From Balanoglossus misakiensis (taxonomy: Eukaryota > Animalia > Hemichordata), in the NCBI GenBank assembly GCA_040954595.2, contig CM082580.2, positions 8,596,390 through 8,660,389 of the forward strand: 64,000 bases of DNA, read 5' to 3'. A model generated the notes under the pieces. That model made no database searches, was not told where the DNA came from, and saw nothing but the letters and a program-made list of their open reading frames with translations. The position numbers and the translations under genes were made by a program. This document shows, one piece after another, positions 27,837 through 42,100 of this stretch (position 1 is its first letter; every line of letters begins with the position of its first letter).

Positions 27837-30800
27837 GTCGTTGTTGTTGTCGTCGTCGTCATCATCATCGCCGTTGTCGCCATTATCAAAACCATCACCA
27901 AGTCGTTTGCCAGAAAGTAAGCACCACACAGACGGCAATTAACTAATGCTACATCCCATAATATCCTTAATATGTCTGCCACGTGTTCGACGGTGCGTGT
28001 ACGGCGGTATATTCGAGCTCACCTGGTCAGCGCACCAGTACCACAGCGAGATCACGGTGGACCGGAAGAGAAGCCCCGGGAATGGCCAATCGGAATCGAT
28101 GGGATCTCGCACCATGTGGAAAGCGTCGTCGCGTGGCATGCCACAAGTCGTGTTCCCGTACCGGGTCGAGTTTGGTATCGCGTCCATGTAGGCAGTCTTC
28201 AAGTTGTCATAGCTACCGATCTGGATAAAGCCTAAAGGAAGATGGGTGGAAACGGTCGAAAACTAGTTTCATAGGGCAGTGGTGTGGGTGACCAAATGCA
28301 TGTCTAGACACATAGAATGGAACATCAGGAGATTTCATACATAGAATGCATCATCGTCTCTCCAGTGTCCGACTGTTATTTATTGAACCAGGCGTGTAGT
28401 ATTCTGCAATAGGGAATAAGACGACATAGCTATTGGGAAATATATAATGTGGGAAAGTTCATAGTAATTTAATGAATAGGATTTTCTTACTGAGAATGGC
28501 AAGAATGATTGTTCCGATAACCATGATGAAACTCTGCAAGGAATCCATGTAGATCACCGCGGCTAGACCACCTGTACACAAAAAGATGAAAAAGGTTATA
28601 CAATTTTGAAGGTGTCTCAGCACATAGATCCAGCATGCATACATGTAGCTGGATGTGATATTTGGAAGGTGCCTTGTGTTATCAGATTCGAAGTACGTGT
28701 AACTGGGTTTTTCACGGACGTGTGCCCGTCAGCCAACCGGGGGGGGGGACCCCACAGAAATGACGACATTGTGGCACTCACCAACGACGGTGAAGAGAGC
28801 AGTAACCGCCAGAATGAACGCCACGGAGACGTACAGATTCCATCGCAGAGCCTGCTGTATGAACAGAGCACCCGCAAACAGATCCACCTGTGCAAGAAAT
28901 CGGATCGAAATATTCAGAAACAGGCCATCCAATGGGGTGGTGGTACGGCGGCTCTGCCAGTCTTCACTGCCACCCCTCTCCCATCCATTCATTTTCCACA
29001 CATCTGGCCTACTGACCAACCAACATACACTTTCGTACTCAATGAACAGAGGGATGGACGAATTCTGATGCAGCGCATGGCTGAAGAAAACAAGAGAAGT
29101 CCCCGATAGGAGCAATAACCGAAGACAACAATGGAAATCAAGTAGAGAACATCAGAGTGTTTTCCCTAAACTGACGAGATATTTCATTCTCTCGGAACTG
29201 TAAAAGTGAATCAGTTCTATAAAATGTAACGAAAGCGAAAAAATATCAACAACTTCTTGTGAACAAAACTTAACAGTTTGAATTCATACGTACCGAGACT
29301 TTGACAAAGACGTAGAGAAGCAGCGCGTACGCCGTCAAACATATTCGCAGACGTTGACCGCCAAATCGTTTGCTCAGGTACTCTGGTATTGTGTAAACCT
29401 AAAACAAAATCACAGATTGCATCAATAATTATCCCAAATGATCCTACCAACAGTACACATTGAACCACTCAAAAACATCAGCACTAGACTTTATAGTTTA
29501 GATGGAATTAACTACACATCATTTTTAGTATATCTCAAAAACTTGATTTTCAGAAGATTACTTACTGCTGACGATATGTAAACTGGAAGAAACGCCCATC
29601 CCAACAGCACTAGACAGAATACCGCCTATGTTGAGAAAAAAAAGGTGTGGTAATGTAAGAGTCTTGTCACGTGAAATAAATAATGATAGTATTCCTATTT
29701 CATATATGAGCATATACATTTTCTCACAGGCTCATCTCGATGCTAGAATCAATGATATCCAAGAGCAATCATGTACTAGTATACACGTACCATAGAACGT
29801 GTGGGGTTTGGTACAGCGCCAGCACGAGGCGAGTCTGTAACTATGAATATGCGCAACCAGTTGCTTTGCACTGGTCATCATATCAATGCATTGCACTTTT
29901 TATTGCGCATATTAATATTTAACCAGATCAAGCCAATTGTCCCAATTTCGCTTTGTTCTCATTGTTCGAAAAGGGGCTAGGGTTAATGAACGGGTTGATG
30001 ACACTGTGATTGACATATTATATTGGTTGCCAAAGCATTGCTGTCACTAATCCCGGATGGACAATAGTATCAAACACATAACTCTGTATGATGTAAAACT
30101 CACATTTCCTTCAAATAAGTAAGACGCTAGTCCGCTCGCTGCTCCCTTGCCCGTCAATCCAATCAAATGCTCGCTGCCGATATTACTTGCAAACAGAGAC
30201 AATCCCACCTATAGGCGAAGATTTGGAAATATACTGAGTGTACAAATTACGGCAAAAATGAAAACGGATATTGTTCATTGTAAACGCAGTGATAACTTAA
30301 AACGGCAATACAACACAATTACACTGATACTTACCGGCCACCAAGGTATGTTCATTCCCGCCAGGAAATATCCACGGACATTGCCTCGATTTGCACGAAA
30401 CGTGGACTGAAGATGAAGCAGAAAAAAACAAGTAGCAGATGATTCTTGGTGGGCTCTGGGTAGAGCGATCGAATTCCATCCAAGATTGAAGGGTGACGCT
30501 TGTCAAAATTATTTCAGTCTGAATGAACCATGCATGAATTCATCCATCCATCCATTTTATTCGTTCTCTCGTTTACTTGTTCTATCACCCCTTCTTTGAT
30601 CCGTTCGTCAATCATTCCAAATACATGCCCCCCCCCCCTCCCCCATTCAAAATTGTGCACGGCGAATCTTAATTTTTATTCTCAGTTTGAAGAGAAAACA
30701 ATATGAAGTTGCCTTGTAATTTAAGACTGATTTTCGGGGCGCATACCACCTTATACTACATAGAAGCACTGGTGGTCACTCTCGCACATAAGTTTATACA

Positions 30801-31825
30801 TGTACAGTTTGTCAAACGCAAAAGTAGAAACAGGCGATAAGATATCACCTATACATACTGTGACGCAGTTGAAAGGTAATCAACCAATCAATCAAATACT
30901 CATAAACGCTTTTTTAGTAAAACCCAAAGAGCAAATCCTGATAACCCCGAGTTAACAATAACCCGGTCTATTGGTTGAAGAGCTGCGTGATAGTTAGAAG
31001 TGAAAAGTTGAGGCCGTTTTGTGCAAATCGCATGTACCATTAATTTGAAGAAAAAAAGAAAAGATTCGCTCAATGTGTGTATATGGGCGTCGTTTTCTCG
31101 AAATCTCTGAAATGAAAACTCGATTGGCCAGACCCATAAACGAGCCTTTCATCACCGAGCAAACACGCGATTTGAAGAGATGTCGGGGTAAAGTCGACGA
31201 GTTCACCCTTTTGTCGGGTGTTTTGATTGACGTGCAAGTCCCCAGATAACAGACTCTTTGGTCACCGTTTTCCGCATCGCGTAGTCGACCACTCTTAAAT
31301 TCCAGATTAACTGTAGTATAGTACTGTATGACGATAATTTATTCCCACTCTCGTTATCATTAAAAGAACGATCGGAGATCATGCTTTTCTTTCTCTCACT
31401 CTGCCGCAAAAGAAAGCCAAGATAACTCGTTTATAAAACAACGTCAAATCACGACACGAGACTTCCTCTATAAGTCCACTTTTTAGGAATGTCCAAAGCT
31501 GGGAAACACTTATATTGCCAGCATTGACAGAGAGTTTGATTTGAGATCAATCTGAAAGTGGCTCCCACAATTTCTAGACGTATTCTTTCTGACGTTTCAA
31601 TTACAGAGGACTGCTACCTGTTTCCCAATGTCGTGAAGGTGCAAGTCCCATAAACACGACTCCATCGATAACGAAACACGCAAGAGACATACTAAACAGT
31701 GAAAGATACAACTTTGCACAGGTATGTATACTCACGTATATTCCGATGGCAAAAACAAACAAGAAATACACAACAATGACCACAATATCCCACGTCTCCA
31801 GTCGAGCTTCGGTGGAATACGACAT
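25301..31825 (-). CDS. SLC5 sodium:solute symporter (SGLT/SMIT subfamily), ~15 exons
   Basis: Approximate exons: 31736-31825, 30335-30406, 30104-30208, 29566-29625, 29294-29398, 28782-28887, 28491-28571, 28024-28231, 27603-27738, 27238-27345, 26907-27057, 26551-26718, 26027-26242, 25676-25814, 25301-25576. Motifs [66 protein letters not shown]. The exact paralogue cannot be assigned. Confidence 0.93.
27772..27870. repeat. (CAT)n / (CGT,TGT)n trinucleotide microsatellite
   Basis: About 20 CAT units followed by variant triplets, in an SLC5 intron. Confidence 0.95.
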
Positions 31826-34800
31826 ATTGGCAGAGCGTCTTGAACGGAAGGTGACACGGGCAAGTTTACCTTTCGCCAGTTATTGCAGGGAAACTACCAC
31901 GGAACGACCACTTTTGAGTTTGCGCGACCTTTGAGGTGAGTGACAGCCAGTTTGGACGGTCAATATTGATTTCTGGCATCGGGGTGAAAGGTCTTGTTCA
32001 GAGTTTGTCACAAAAAACACTTTTCTCTCCAAGATATGATATGCTGATAAACTTGTCAGACCCGCCTCTCTCTAGCCAACTTGCGGAAGACTATTTTTCT
32101 TGAATTATTGGCCAAGACTTAAACCGTATATTCTTTCTTCGTCATCTTCCATTGCACAGGACTCCCCCTTTCATATTTCTAAATTTTACTAGTCAATTTG
32201 GTTGTAACGCCGTTACAGGTGACTTAGCCGAGTTTTTTTTCATTCTGTTGACCTAACCCTGGACAGCAAACACTCTCTCACAGCAAATGCCAGATTGAAC
32301 ACACAAATGAAATTTGAGTGTACATCATACAACTCCCTTTCTCTTCTCCAACACACCACATATACACTACTTCTGACCAGATGTAATCCTATGCGCCACA
32401 TCTAGAATACAAGCACATTTAAAACAACAGATTTTGACCAAACCATGGTGGTGGAGTTCATTTTGTAAACAAAACACATGAACCTGGAATCTATCAGCTG
32501 CAACATTAACCTAATCACACTTCATTTTTTAATGTTATATGACACAACTGTAAATGACTAACCAGAAACAAATATTGACTCTATAAAACATGTTTTTATT
32601 ACTTAAAAACTTTATACTCCAGCAAATTTCTCCTAGACAAGGTATACACTGTAAAAATAAATATTGCATATTTTCTTTCTTTAGAAAGTTATCCTTTTTA
32701 AATAAAACTGTTTTTGACAATGAATAAAATAAGTATAAGTGTAAATGACAAATCTGGAGCTGAAGGTGTCAAATATTGACATCTGCATTTCAAATATTGA
32801 ATACTTAAAAACAATCTCTGATTTCAACACAGACAGTGAAATACAACAGATTATTAGAGTAACTCTCAGAAATCAACTCTGAGAACGTAGACATTTTTTA
32901 TATACCATATATATGTATAGTTGAATATCAACCATTTTCAGTTTCTTTGAATATATACAATATTCTCATGAAACCATACAGAATATTTTCCTGACAATAA
33001 AGATTGTTTACAATGTTTTCCATGACAGTATACAATTTCTCTTGACACATATGTTCATGATGCAAAAATCAACGTCAAGTGGCAGTGTGGAGGAATGACT
33101 TTTGGTAATGTACATGCATTTGAAAGCTGCAATGAGACACTGGCTATATGTCTTCTGGTTCGTGCATGTTTCCAGTAGGTACAGTTCCTGTGGAATCTGT
33201 GTACGAGAAGGCTAGGCTCAGAGAGAATGAGAAAGAGAGAGAGTGAGTGAAGTCGGTCAGCAGCCAATACCAGACACTGTTCCATCCTGAATTGAAGTTA
33301 AACCACCAGTGCACGTTCACCACCTGCAAAAAACTAGAGATTTGGTTATCGCATAGTCTGTGGGGCTAGATGAACACCACTAGCTATACATCATGGATAA
33401 ATGACATCATTTCAGATCAGCATTTCCCAGACCAAGATGACATCATACTGCTGAAACAAAGATTTGAGAACTTTACAAAATTCGGGTGAAAACATCTGCT
33501 GAAGACATCTTCCGCTGAAATAAATAAAAAAGGTCAACATATGAAAATATAAGCATGTACATCTCCATTCACACGAGCATGGTAACAGTGACAATGTCCT
33601 GTAAAGAAAGAATGTATGGACTTAAATTCTCCAAATGTAATAGTCACATAAACAAATACCAAATGACATCAATTACATTTGCAATGTACAGAATATACTA
33701 GGTAAGAAAGGCTATCACATTCACTCTCAAAAAACCCATTCTGTGTTTATAATGTAAAGTACACATGTACAGTACAGCTGTCAAGACCCGAGAATCTGGT
33801 TCAGAACAGGTACAGCCCTAAACTAAGTTTCATGAAAACACTTGAAACAATGAAAGATATATTTTCACCCCACAATGTTAGCGACCCATCAACACTCAAG
33901 TTTACCCTGTCACATGACTTATGACCCTTTGACCCCTGAAGTCAGCTGACAAGTACACTCTACCAAGTTCAGTTGATACATTTGACACTTTTGGTTGGGG
34001 GGATTCAGGTCATCTAAGAGAAAATCTGAACTCTCCCCAAAACACAGTCTAGGTGATGGTTAACAAAGAAAATATAACATTTCAATGACAACATACTAGA
34101 TGGGTGGACCAGGTCAAAGATGTAATACATCAAACAGAGATACATGTATAGCAAAGCACTGCATGCATAAGTATTAGTTTCTAGTTTTAGTTTCATTAAC
34201 ACTACTGTGGGAATTTGACTTAGAAATGAGTTAGAAGGGGTGGGGAGAAAGTATGTCTTGGATGAATTTCAGCTGCCAGCCGTGTACACTTGAAAGTGTA
34301 GTCTGCTATGACATTTGTCCTTTCCACAACTAATTATACAACTTTTCTATCACGAACACATTACCATTTGCCCACAACTTAGGAGTAGTGCCAAATGAGA
34401 CTCAATATCCCAGAAATCACGGGCACCCAGAGTTATGATTGGTGTGTAAGTATTAAACTATGGTACTGGGGTTCTACGGAAACAAACCTTATGTATTACA
34501 CCACATGCAAAAGTCATTTACCTAACAAAACAGAAAATTTACCTTTACATTACATGTATATACAAATTTTCAACAAGGGGAAGAGTTGACAGTACGAGTT
34601 TTCATCAGGATACACTAAACCCCCCTCCTCCCAACCCCCATCTTTGATGTTGCCCCCTCCTTTTATTCTGCTTATCATTAAAATGAGGGGGTGGACGACA
34701 CAATTATAAGACCTAAGGGTACATGCTGATACCACAAGAAGACTCCCCCTCCCTCCTGTAAACGTTTCGACCACTGAGAATGAAAATTTCCTGATCACAA

Positions 34801-34887
34801 ATGTACATAGTATCATTTTTCATGTGATTGAAGCAAGGAGCAAGAAATCAGTTCTTTACAGCGGTCGAGATCAAGGTTATTTTAAAT

Positions 34888-34918
34888 TCCATGACTTTCC
34901 AGGACTGTACAAACCCTG
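34888..34918. mobile_element. Terminal fragment of a CAGGG-ended (hAT-like) non-autonomous element
   Basis: TTCCATGACTTTCCAGGACTGTACAAACCCTG. Part of its reverse complement (TCCTGGAAAGTCATGGAA) recurs at about 59160-59177. Confidence 0.4.
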
Positions 34919-35013
34919 TAATTATGTTTTGATGACTGCAAGCAAATGCTGAGATACTCTTAGTTGAGATTACCCCCAAAGGACTTCACAATCTAAACAG
35001 TAAAATCTATATC

Positions 35014-35204
35014 TACCGTAAAATTCCTATTTGAAGTTGCGCCCAAATTAACAGGTGTATCCCGACTGTTAAACCATATAGTAAATATATTACAAATTCA
35101 CAAATTCAAATCTGTTAAAAGTATACCCAGAGTAAAGGTTGACGTAAACTTCGAACAAAGTCTTAAATGAGGCAGCAGCAGCTTCTAATAGGAATCTTAC
35201 AATA
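35014..35204. mobile_element. MITE with ~27-bp terminal inverted repeats and TA ends (Tc1/mariner-pogo-like)
   Basis: Left end TACCGTAAAATTCCTATTTGAAGTTGC versus reverse complement of the right end TATTGTAAGATTCCTATTAGAAGCTGC (22/27 identical). Confidence 0.65.
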
Positions 35205-38200
35205 TGCTAAACTCTAATAAATAATGCCTATTCCCTACACACGCATGTATTTCATATCACCAAATCCAACAGCCAAATTAAGAAGTCAGAACATACAGTG
35301 AGTTGTTTGAATGGAGAGTAATTCGCAGATTTCAAACATGCTTTTGTATTTGCAGTTATTTGTAAAGAACACTGGGGGCTAAGAAGAAACTGCTCTGTTT
35401 GAAATTACAATAAGTTAGCTGTTGTATTCTAGACATGAGACACACATGTGACGGGCAATTGGACATAGACATATAGACATACCCTTTTGATTCTTCTGAA
35501 ATGGCAGTGAAATTTTTTTCTCTGAACACTCTGAACAAAATGTTCACTATACCCAAAGTACAATGCATAAGATCTCTTCCTTCCTGAAGTGCTCAATTAC
35601 TCAGGAAATCCACTAGCTGTAATAAATAACATTTTCATATAAAAATAATTCTGTCTATGTACACAAATATTGTTTGGTTCCAAAGATTGATATGACATCT
35701 GTGCATTTTTACTTTCTCAGTAACTTAATTCTAGTGGACACATTAAAATATTTCCCACGAAAAATGACCACATGAGATCTGATTTCCTTCCGAGCGTAAT
35801 CACATCAAAATTGAAACTTGTATCTGTCTCCAACCATTGATGTACAAAACACGCACACAATACACAACTCAGTATAAAAATATATAAAAATAGCACCAAG
35901 TCGAGCGATAAATATTAAGTAAACATCACTGAAACACTGTAACTTTAAATGTGAAAATCACGTTTTACTTCTTAAACAAAACAAAAAAACACTTTCATAT
36001 CATAAATGTCATACTTAAAGAAAGAAGCAACGATGTTCTCGACATTGAAACTTTTTTATGATAATATAAAATATCGAAAGGAAACCCAAGTCTCTCCCCA
36101 TTCCCACAAGTCCATCTGTGCCTCTCCCAACCCACAAGCATTCTTTCATGCTACTCCATGACTACTGTTCACAAATGGCAATGTTTATCACCTTGTATTT
36201 GATGCATACAAAGCATGTTCAAGTCTGTTCATTCCGCATCTAATACAATGAATTCAATTCTGTCATTATCACTATTTCATCTTTTTCAACTGACTGCCAA
36301 GTTTTCCACCTGACAAACTTGACTGGTACTAACTGTTCTGAATCTCCTTACTACTTTAACGTTAATGTAATTAATTTCTTTTGAATACATTATTTCCAGC
36401 TCAATCTGACTCTAAGTTACAGACTTGTACAGTATTCACTCCATTTTTTTCATGCCTCAAACTGCAGTCTAATATTTATCACTAAAACACAGTTTTATGG
36501 CTGTGAAAATTTACATTCACTTTGGACATTTCTACCTCTATGCTTTTCATTTCTAGAATATTCTTACAAAATGGGTTAACTTAGTACCTCAACAAGCTTA
36601 GGTAATCAAAAATTCATACAAATATCTATACTTCTATATACGATTTCTGATATTTTCAACTTCTTAAAGAGAAGTTGAAACTTGAATTGATAATCAAGAT
36701 ATGCTGTTTGTTCAGCCCCAAGAAACATTTTCAGATAGTCAGTTGCAAAATTACTGTATGCTTTCTCCTTAAATTTGGACACGAATCGGTAATTGTGACT
36801 GAAGAATGTTGATACTTTTACACACACATCTCTGAAAAATGCATTTTCAAAGATCTTAACTCTGCCAGAAGTCAAAATAATGTATTCTTTTTGTGAGACT
36901 CCAATTGTTGAGGAGTAACGCAAACTGTGGGCAGACGAAATGAATTTGCTGTTTTTCTTTGCCTCTAGTAACACACATAACGTTCACACTTATTGAACAA
37001 TTTCAACATCAATCTTGTCACTATAATGCCAATCAGCTTTAGAAGCCGCAGTAACTTAAAAATGACAGATCCTAAATTCATTCTGTGGCAAAACCGTTCT
37101 ACAGATACATGTACCAATGTTTACATCGCAATGCAGGGTAAGAATTTGATCATCTGAGTGTTTTGAGTTCTCATCCCTCTTCCATGTTCCGAAATACATA
37201 CATACTTGCATGTCTCTTTTGAACTCAAAAGAAGGCAAATCACACAGTCCAATTAGATCATTCATGCACACTCATACCCCTTTGATATTGATAGGAGATG
37301 GGGGTCTAAAATTATTAAAGAAATATTCATTTTGTACAGCTAAATTTGACTGATTCCTATAGCATGTAAGTTGATTCTATCCCTTAGTTGTCTTACAAAC
37401 TAGATTCATGATTAAAGGTATCCCAATTACATTCCAATTATTTGGCAAGAAAATCAAATTAATCTAAATAGTAACAAACTGAAAGCGAGCAGTTTACACC
37501 AATATTCATGTACGAAAGTACAACAACATTAGACAATTATACTCTGCGCAAGTAAATTTAGATTTTGACATATGACTAAATTTTCATTTTGATTCAAGTT
37601 GTAAATTACAAGCAGTAATTACTTTTATTTACTCTCTGGATAAGGCAGTTCTACTTTTCATTATTTACTATTGCCAGTTATAATTAATTCAATTTGAACC
37701 CAGATGTGCAATGCCAAATTTCAGTAGTTTTGAAAGACTGGTGTGAACGAGTGTGTGCTTTATGAACACTGCGGTTAAACAAATTGTGTGTTGCATCTGA
37801 TTTTTCAAATGTCCTTTTTTCTCTAAATGATTGCTTCTAAAATTGAGTTTGAATAGCAAATTAATTATGGTTCATCTCAAATTTTTTCTAAATATTCTAA
37901 ATTTTGATATTCCAAATCTTTGTTGCCAAATGCCACATGTTTGTATATATATTCCATTTACAAACCATCTTGCACTGTTGTACAGACCTTCTGTTGCAAA
38001 ATCAGTGACCAAATCTAACATGGAGTACACTCCTCACTCAGGAACTGAACCCAAAACACCAAATACAAACAAAGCTGATCAGACATACAGTGACAAGATC
38101 AATACCCAAAAGCACTGTCCACATCGACACATCCATCCTCTCACTCAAGTCACCATCCTCGTCAAAAACTTAACCATCTACCTACGATAAAGTCCCTAAC

Positions 38201-39122
38201 ATAACCTCAATGAAACTAGCAATGGAGTGAATACTGAACTAAGTCCCCTGTTTTCAAAAAGTCTTTGTTAATCATGATTTATCAGTTCTGGGCCTCCAGG
38301 CACCAAGTGGTTGGTCATCTTTAAAGTTGTAACAACCACATCTTACGATTGTGCGTTTCTAACAATACACTTCTTCTTATCTCCAAATCTATGCAGATCA
38401 CATGATTCATTCCATAAGTATGGTGACTTTGTTTTCATCCAGTAACAGAAAAACAACACCAAGGTTACCGATGAAACAATCCACCTAACAAGTGAATCCA
38501 GCAAAACTTTCAACAGCAGTGCATATACTGTACATATCAAAGGCAGCATCGTGTGCACAGCACGTCACGATTTCAAACACATCTTTTGTTACATCTGCAA
38601 CCAAGTACACATAAAAGCACTTGGTTGAAAAAATCAGCAGCCAGCAGGTTTTTCTTGGCATATCTTTACATGTCCACACAGCAAACAACGAATGCCTTCT
38701 CTTCTTGTATTCCTTCTGTATACCGTGGTCTCTCTTCCTAATCTTGTACTTCGACTTTCTATTTTTCTCAAGTCTTCTATCACACTCCAACACAAACACT
38801 TCCTTCGTCTTCTTCTCTGGCAAACTTGCTGGCAAAGATCTTCTTCTTTGACAAACTTGCATGCAGCCATCTTCTTCTCCGACAAACAGGGCAGTGGCAT
38901 GTTCCCACTTTGTACAATTCAGCACCAACACAGTAAACAGTACAACAACTTTAACAGAACGGGCATAAGAAATACACTCACTGCCTCGGTGAAAAAAATG
39001 TGTACAACATTACAAAAATTGTAGCTTCGTGCCGTTGAGACACCACACACAAGTGGGCAAACCCTCTGGTGGCAGGACTTACAACTCCTTTGTTTTATCG
39101 ACGTCTCTCTTGAGCCAGGGTC

Positions 39123-42100
39123 TCAGACTTGCATAATAGTCACGCTGATGTGAGACAGGTCTATCATGTGTCTGTGGGGAAATTGTAAAAGAGACAGTCA
39201 CTGAAACAGAACTACATGTGTGTGCAACAATGCTAAAAAAGTCAGGGTTGGAGTTATGTTAGCATACGAATCATGGGGTGTGTAACTATCAATGGGGTAA
39301 ATCTCTTAGAATCCCAAGTCAGAATATCTAATTCATATCAAATCGAACTAACATACCGATGATATCTCTTCTGAAATGCCAATGCATGTTCTGGTTTTGT
39401 GAACCTTGCCAGTGCTTTATGCTGACTTGCAATGATATTAACATTCTGAAATCGAAAAATAATAAATTGCATCATTATTTTATCTCTTTTACGCCAGTAC
39501 AAGAGCTTGAAATATTATTCATGCAAGAACAATATAATTACATATGTACACAAGGAAGTTTTCTCGTTTTGTGAGATCATACTTTAACGCAATTTAAGAT
39601 TTTGATTCCATGAATTTATTGCTTTGGACTCATAGACAGACATAATTTGATTTCAGTGCAACACAAAGCCTACATGTAGTGTATATGTCTTTACCTCCAC
39701 TGTTCCTGCAAGCTTCAACATCTCCATGAGCCTGTCCTTTGTAATGCTGGATGGCAACCCATCAATGCAGACCATTCGGTACGACATCTGGCTCTCGTTC
39801 TGGTTGCTCGCCACTACCCTCCTCTTCACCCCTTGCTGCTGCTGCTCTTGTTGTTGCTGCTGTTGTTGTTGTTGTACATGTTGTTGTTGCCTTGCAGTTG
39901 CCTGTTGCTGCATCGTCTGCTGATTTCCCTTCTGCTGCTGCATTCCCTGTCGCTGTTGCACAACATTCCGTGGTGGCCCTAATCTCTGCTGCGGCTTTTG
40001 CTGCTGAATTTGTTTCTGTACTTTGATTTGTTTACCATCGGCACCCATTACAATTTTCTGATTGAGCACACAGATTTAAAATAGTTGAGTTTTCAGTAAC
40101 AGCTGAACACAAACAGTTCAATACTTCCAATTTTGAGAATGGTACCAAACCAAGATCTGGGCTCATATTCAGATGAACAAGCATGAACATGAAGGAGAAT
40201 GAAATTGATAAATGTTGAAGTTCCTTTCATTTAGTTCCCCCTTATCATTCTCTCAAACCATCCTGAGGCCAAAATGTGTCCAAACCAAGGATGTGACAAG
40301 CGTCAAGATTCATGCATTGGGTGGCTGAATGGTTGGCGGGGGTGTTTAATGAATGTAACCTACCCTCTTGCCGACAGTTTTGGGGCTTGTCTGACCCTGC
40401 AGCTGCAGTTGTCCACTGGACGACAATCTGACAATGGGCTGCGACTTCACAGCGCCCCCTCCGATGGTCGGGATTGGCTGAGGGGCGTCGGCCCCGGCCG
40501 TCAGCACCTTGACCACCGCCTGGTTCGGCCCGAGGTTCTGAACTGATCGTTGCTGCATCGTGGTCTGAATGGGCTGGCTTGGCTGCTGCTGCTGCCACTG
40601 GTTCGGTTGCTGCATGTGTTGCTGCGGAGGGTACTGCTGCTGCGGCTGTTGAGTCTGTTGCCACTGCGGTGGCAGCGGTTGCTGAAAATGCTGTTGTTGT
40701 TGTTGCTGCTGCTGCTGGTTTCGCATAATCGCCTGCTGCTTCAACTTCAGGGCATTCTTCTGCACCATCACCTGATTCTTGTTCTTCTTCCACTGCTCCT
40801 GTTTGACCTGCTTGGAACTCCCACTGCCCGCCGCCGCTCTCTGCTGCGCTGCGACCACCTTCTGGACTTTGGGTTGCGTTGGCCCCATCTCCGCCACTGC
40901 AACCTGAGTTGTAGCATCACCACCGCCCTGCTCTGCAACCACACCCTGTTGCTGCTGCGACTGTGATGCGGCTAACTTCTTCTTGAGTTCTGCCTGCTTT
41001 TCCAATGCCATCTGCTGTCGACGTTCCTCCTTCCTCTTCTGTATAGCTTCCCTCAGTTTCTTCTGCTCACTCAACTGGAGTTGCAAAACCTTTTCTTCTT
41101 CACTCATTTGCTTCTGTCAGTGAAATGACACGTACACAACAAATTATTTTTTTCAAAATTCTATACAAGTGATCCCCAATCTTATATTTCCATCTATTCA
41201 ATAAACAAACTAGACCAGGATTCAAATGGGAATGTTTCTACATATTATGTTTCGTACTGCTGCCATATGACTTCACCTTATCCAAGAAACACACACACAC
41301 ATATTGCATTTGTCAGTAAAACATTACCTCTTCAACTTGCGGTTGCTTCTGAACTGGTTGTTGCTGCTGTTGTTGTTGTTGTGTGTTTGCTGCACTCAGT
41401 TGCTGCTGGACACGCTGCATTGGCTGCTGACCTTGTTGTGGGACTCTCTGTATAGGTTGTCCCTGCTGCTGAGCTTGCGGTGTTGGTAGTCTCTGCGCCT
41501 GGTGAGGTCTTGGTGGCTGTTGCTGCAGTAGGGGTCTTGGCTGCGGTTGTTGCTGTGGCCTTGGTGGACGCTGCTGCATGATAGGGCGTGGTGGCTGTTG
41601 GTGATTCTGTTGCTGCTGCTGTTGTGGTGGTGGTGGCAACCGCTGTCTTGGTCCAGATTGGTGCTGTGGAATGTTGTGTCCTGGAGGAGGCTGTATTGCA
41701 TGATTGAAGAAGGTACATGTATAGTCATCAGTGATCATGGAAAAAATTCAAGTAATGTCTCCTGTACTGCATTCGTAGATGTAATCATGATAAGTATTAC
41801 AGAAAAGAAATGTGAAAGCACTTGGCTTACAGTGCCATAAATGGACCAAAATATCTTCAATACTGCAAAACCTCTGACCCAAAAACAAATATTTTGATGT
41901 CAAGAAAGTTAGGTAAGTGAATGGTATATTTTAGGCACGTACCTGTTGATACTGTGGTCCTGGTGGTCTTTGCATCCTTGGCGACTGAGGTCGCGGCTGG
42001 TTCATCCCTGGATGTTCCTGTGGTGGACCTGGATGGCGGTGCTGTTGCTGACCAGGCTGTGGTGGTCTCTGCTGCTGCTGTTGGTAATGCTGCGGTCGAG

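Larger units (their letters stand above)
32590..39122 (-). other. Candidate very long 3' UTR of RBM33
   Basis: About 6.5 kb of AT-rich, CpG-poor sequence without credible exons directly after the RBM33 stop. A minus-strand AATAAA lies near 32595. The true 3' end is not determinable from sequence. Confidence 0.4.

Noticed and set aside
27599-27982. Poly-Met, poly-Ile and poly-Asp ORFs
   Set aside because: Artefacts of an intronic (CAT)n microsatellite.
38485-39024. Overlapping Lys/Arg-rich ORFs downstream of RBM33
   Set aside because: Low-complexity purine-rich UTR-like sequence with no domain and no supporting splice structure.
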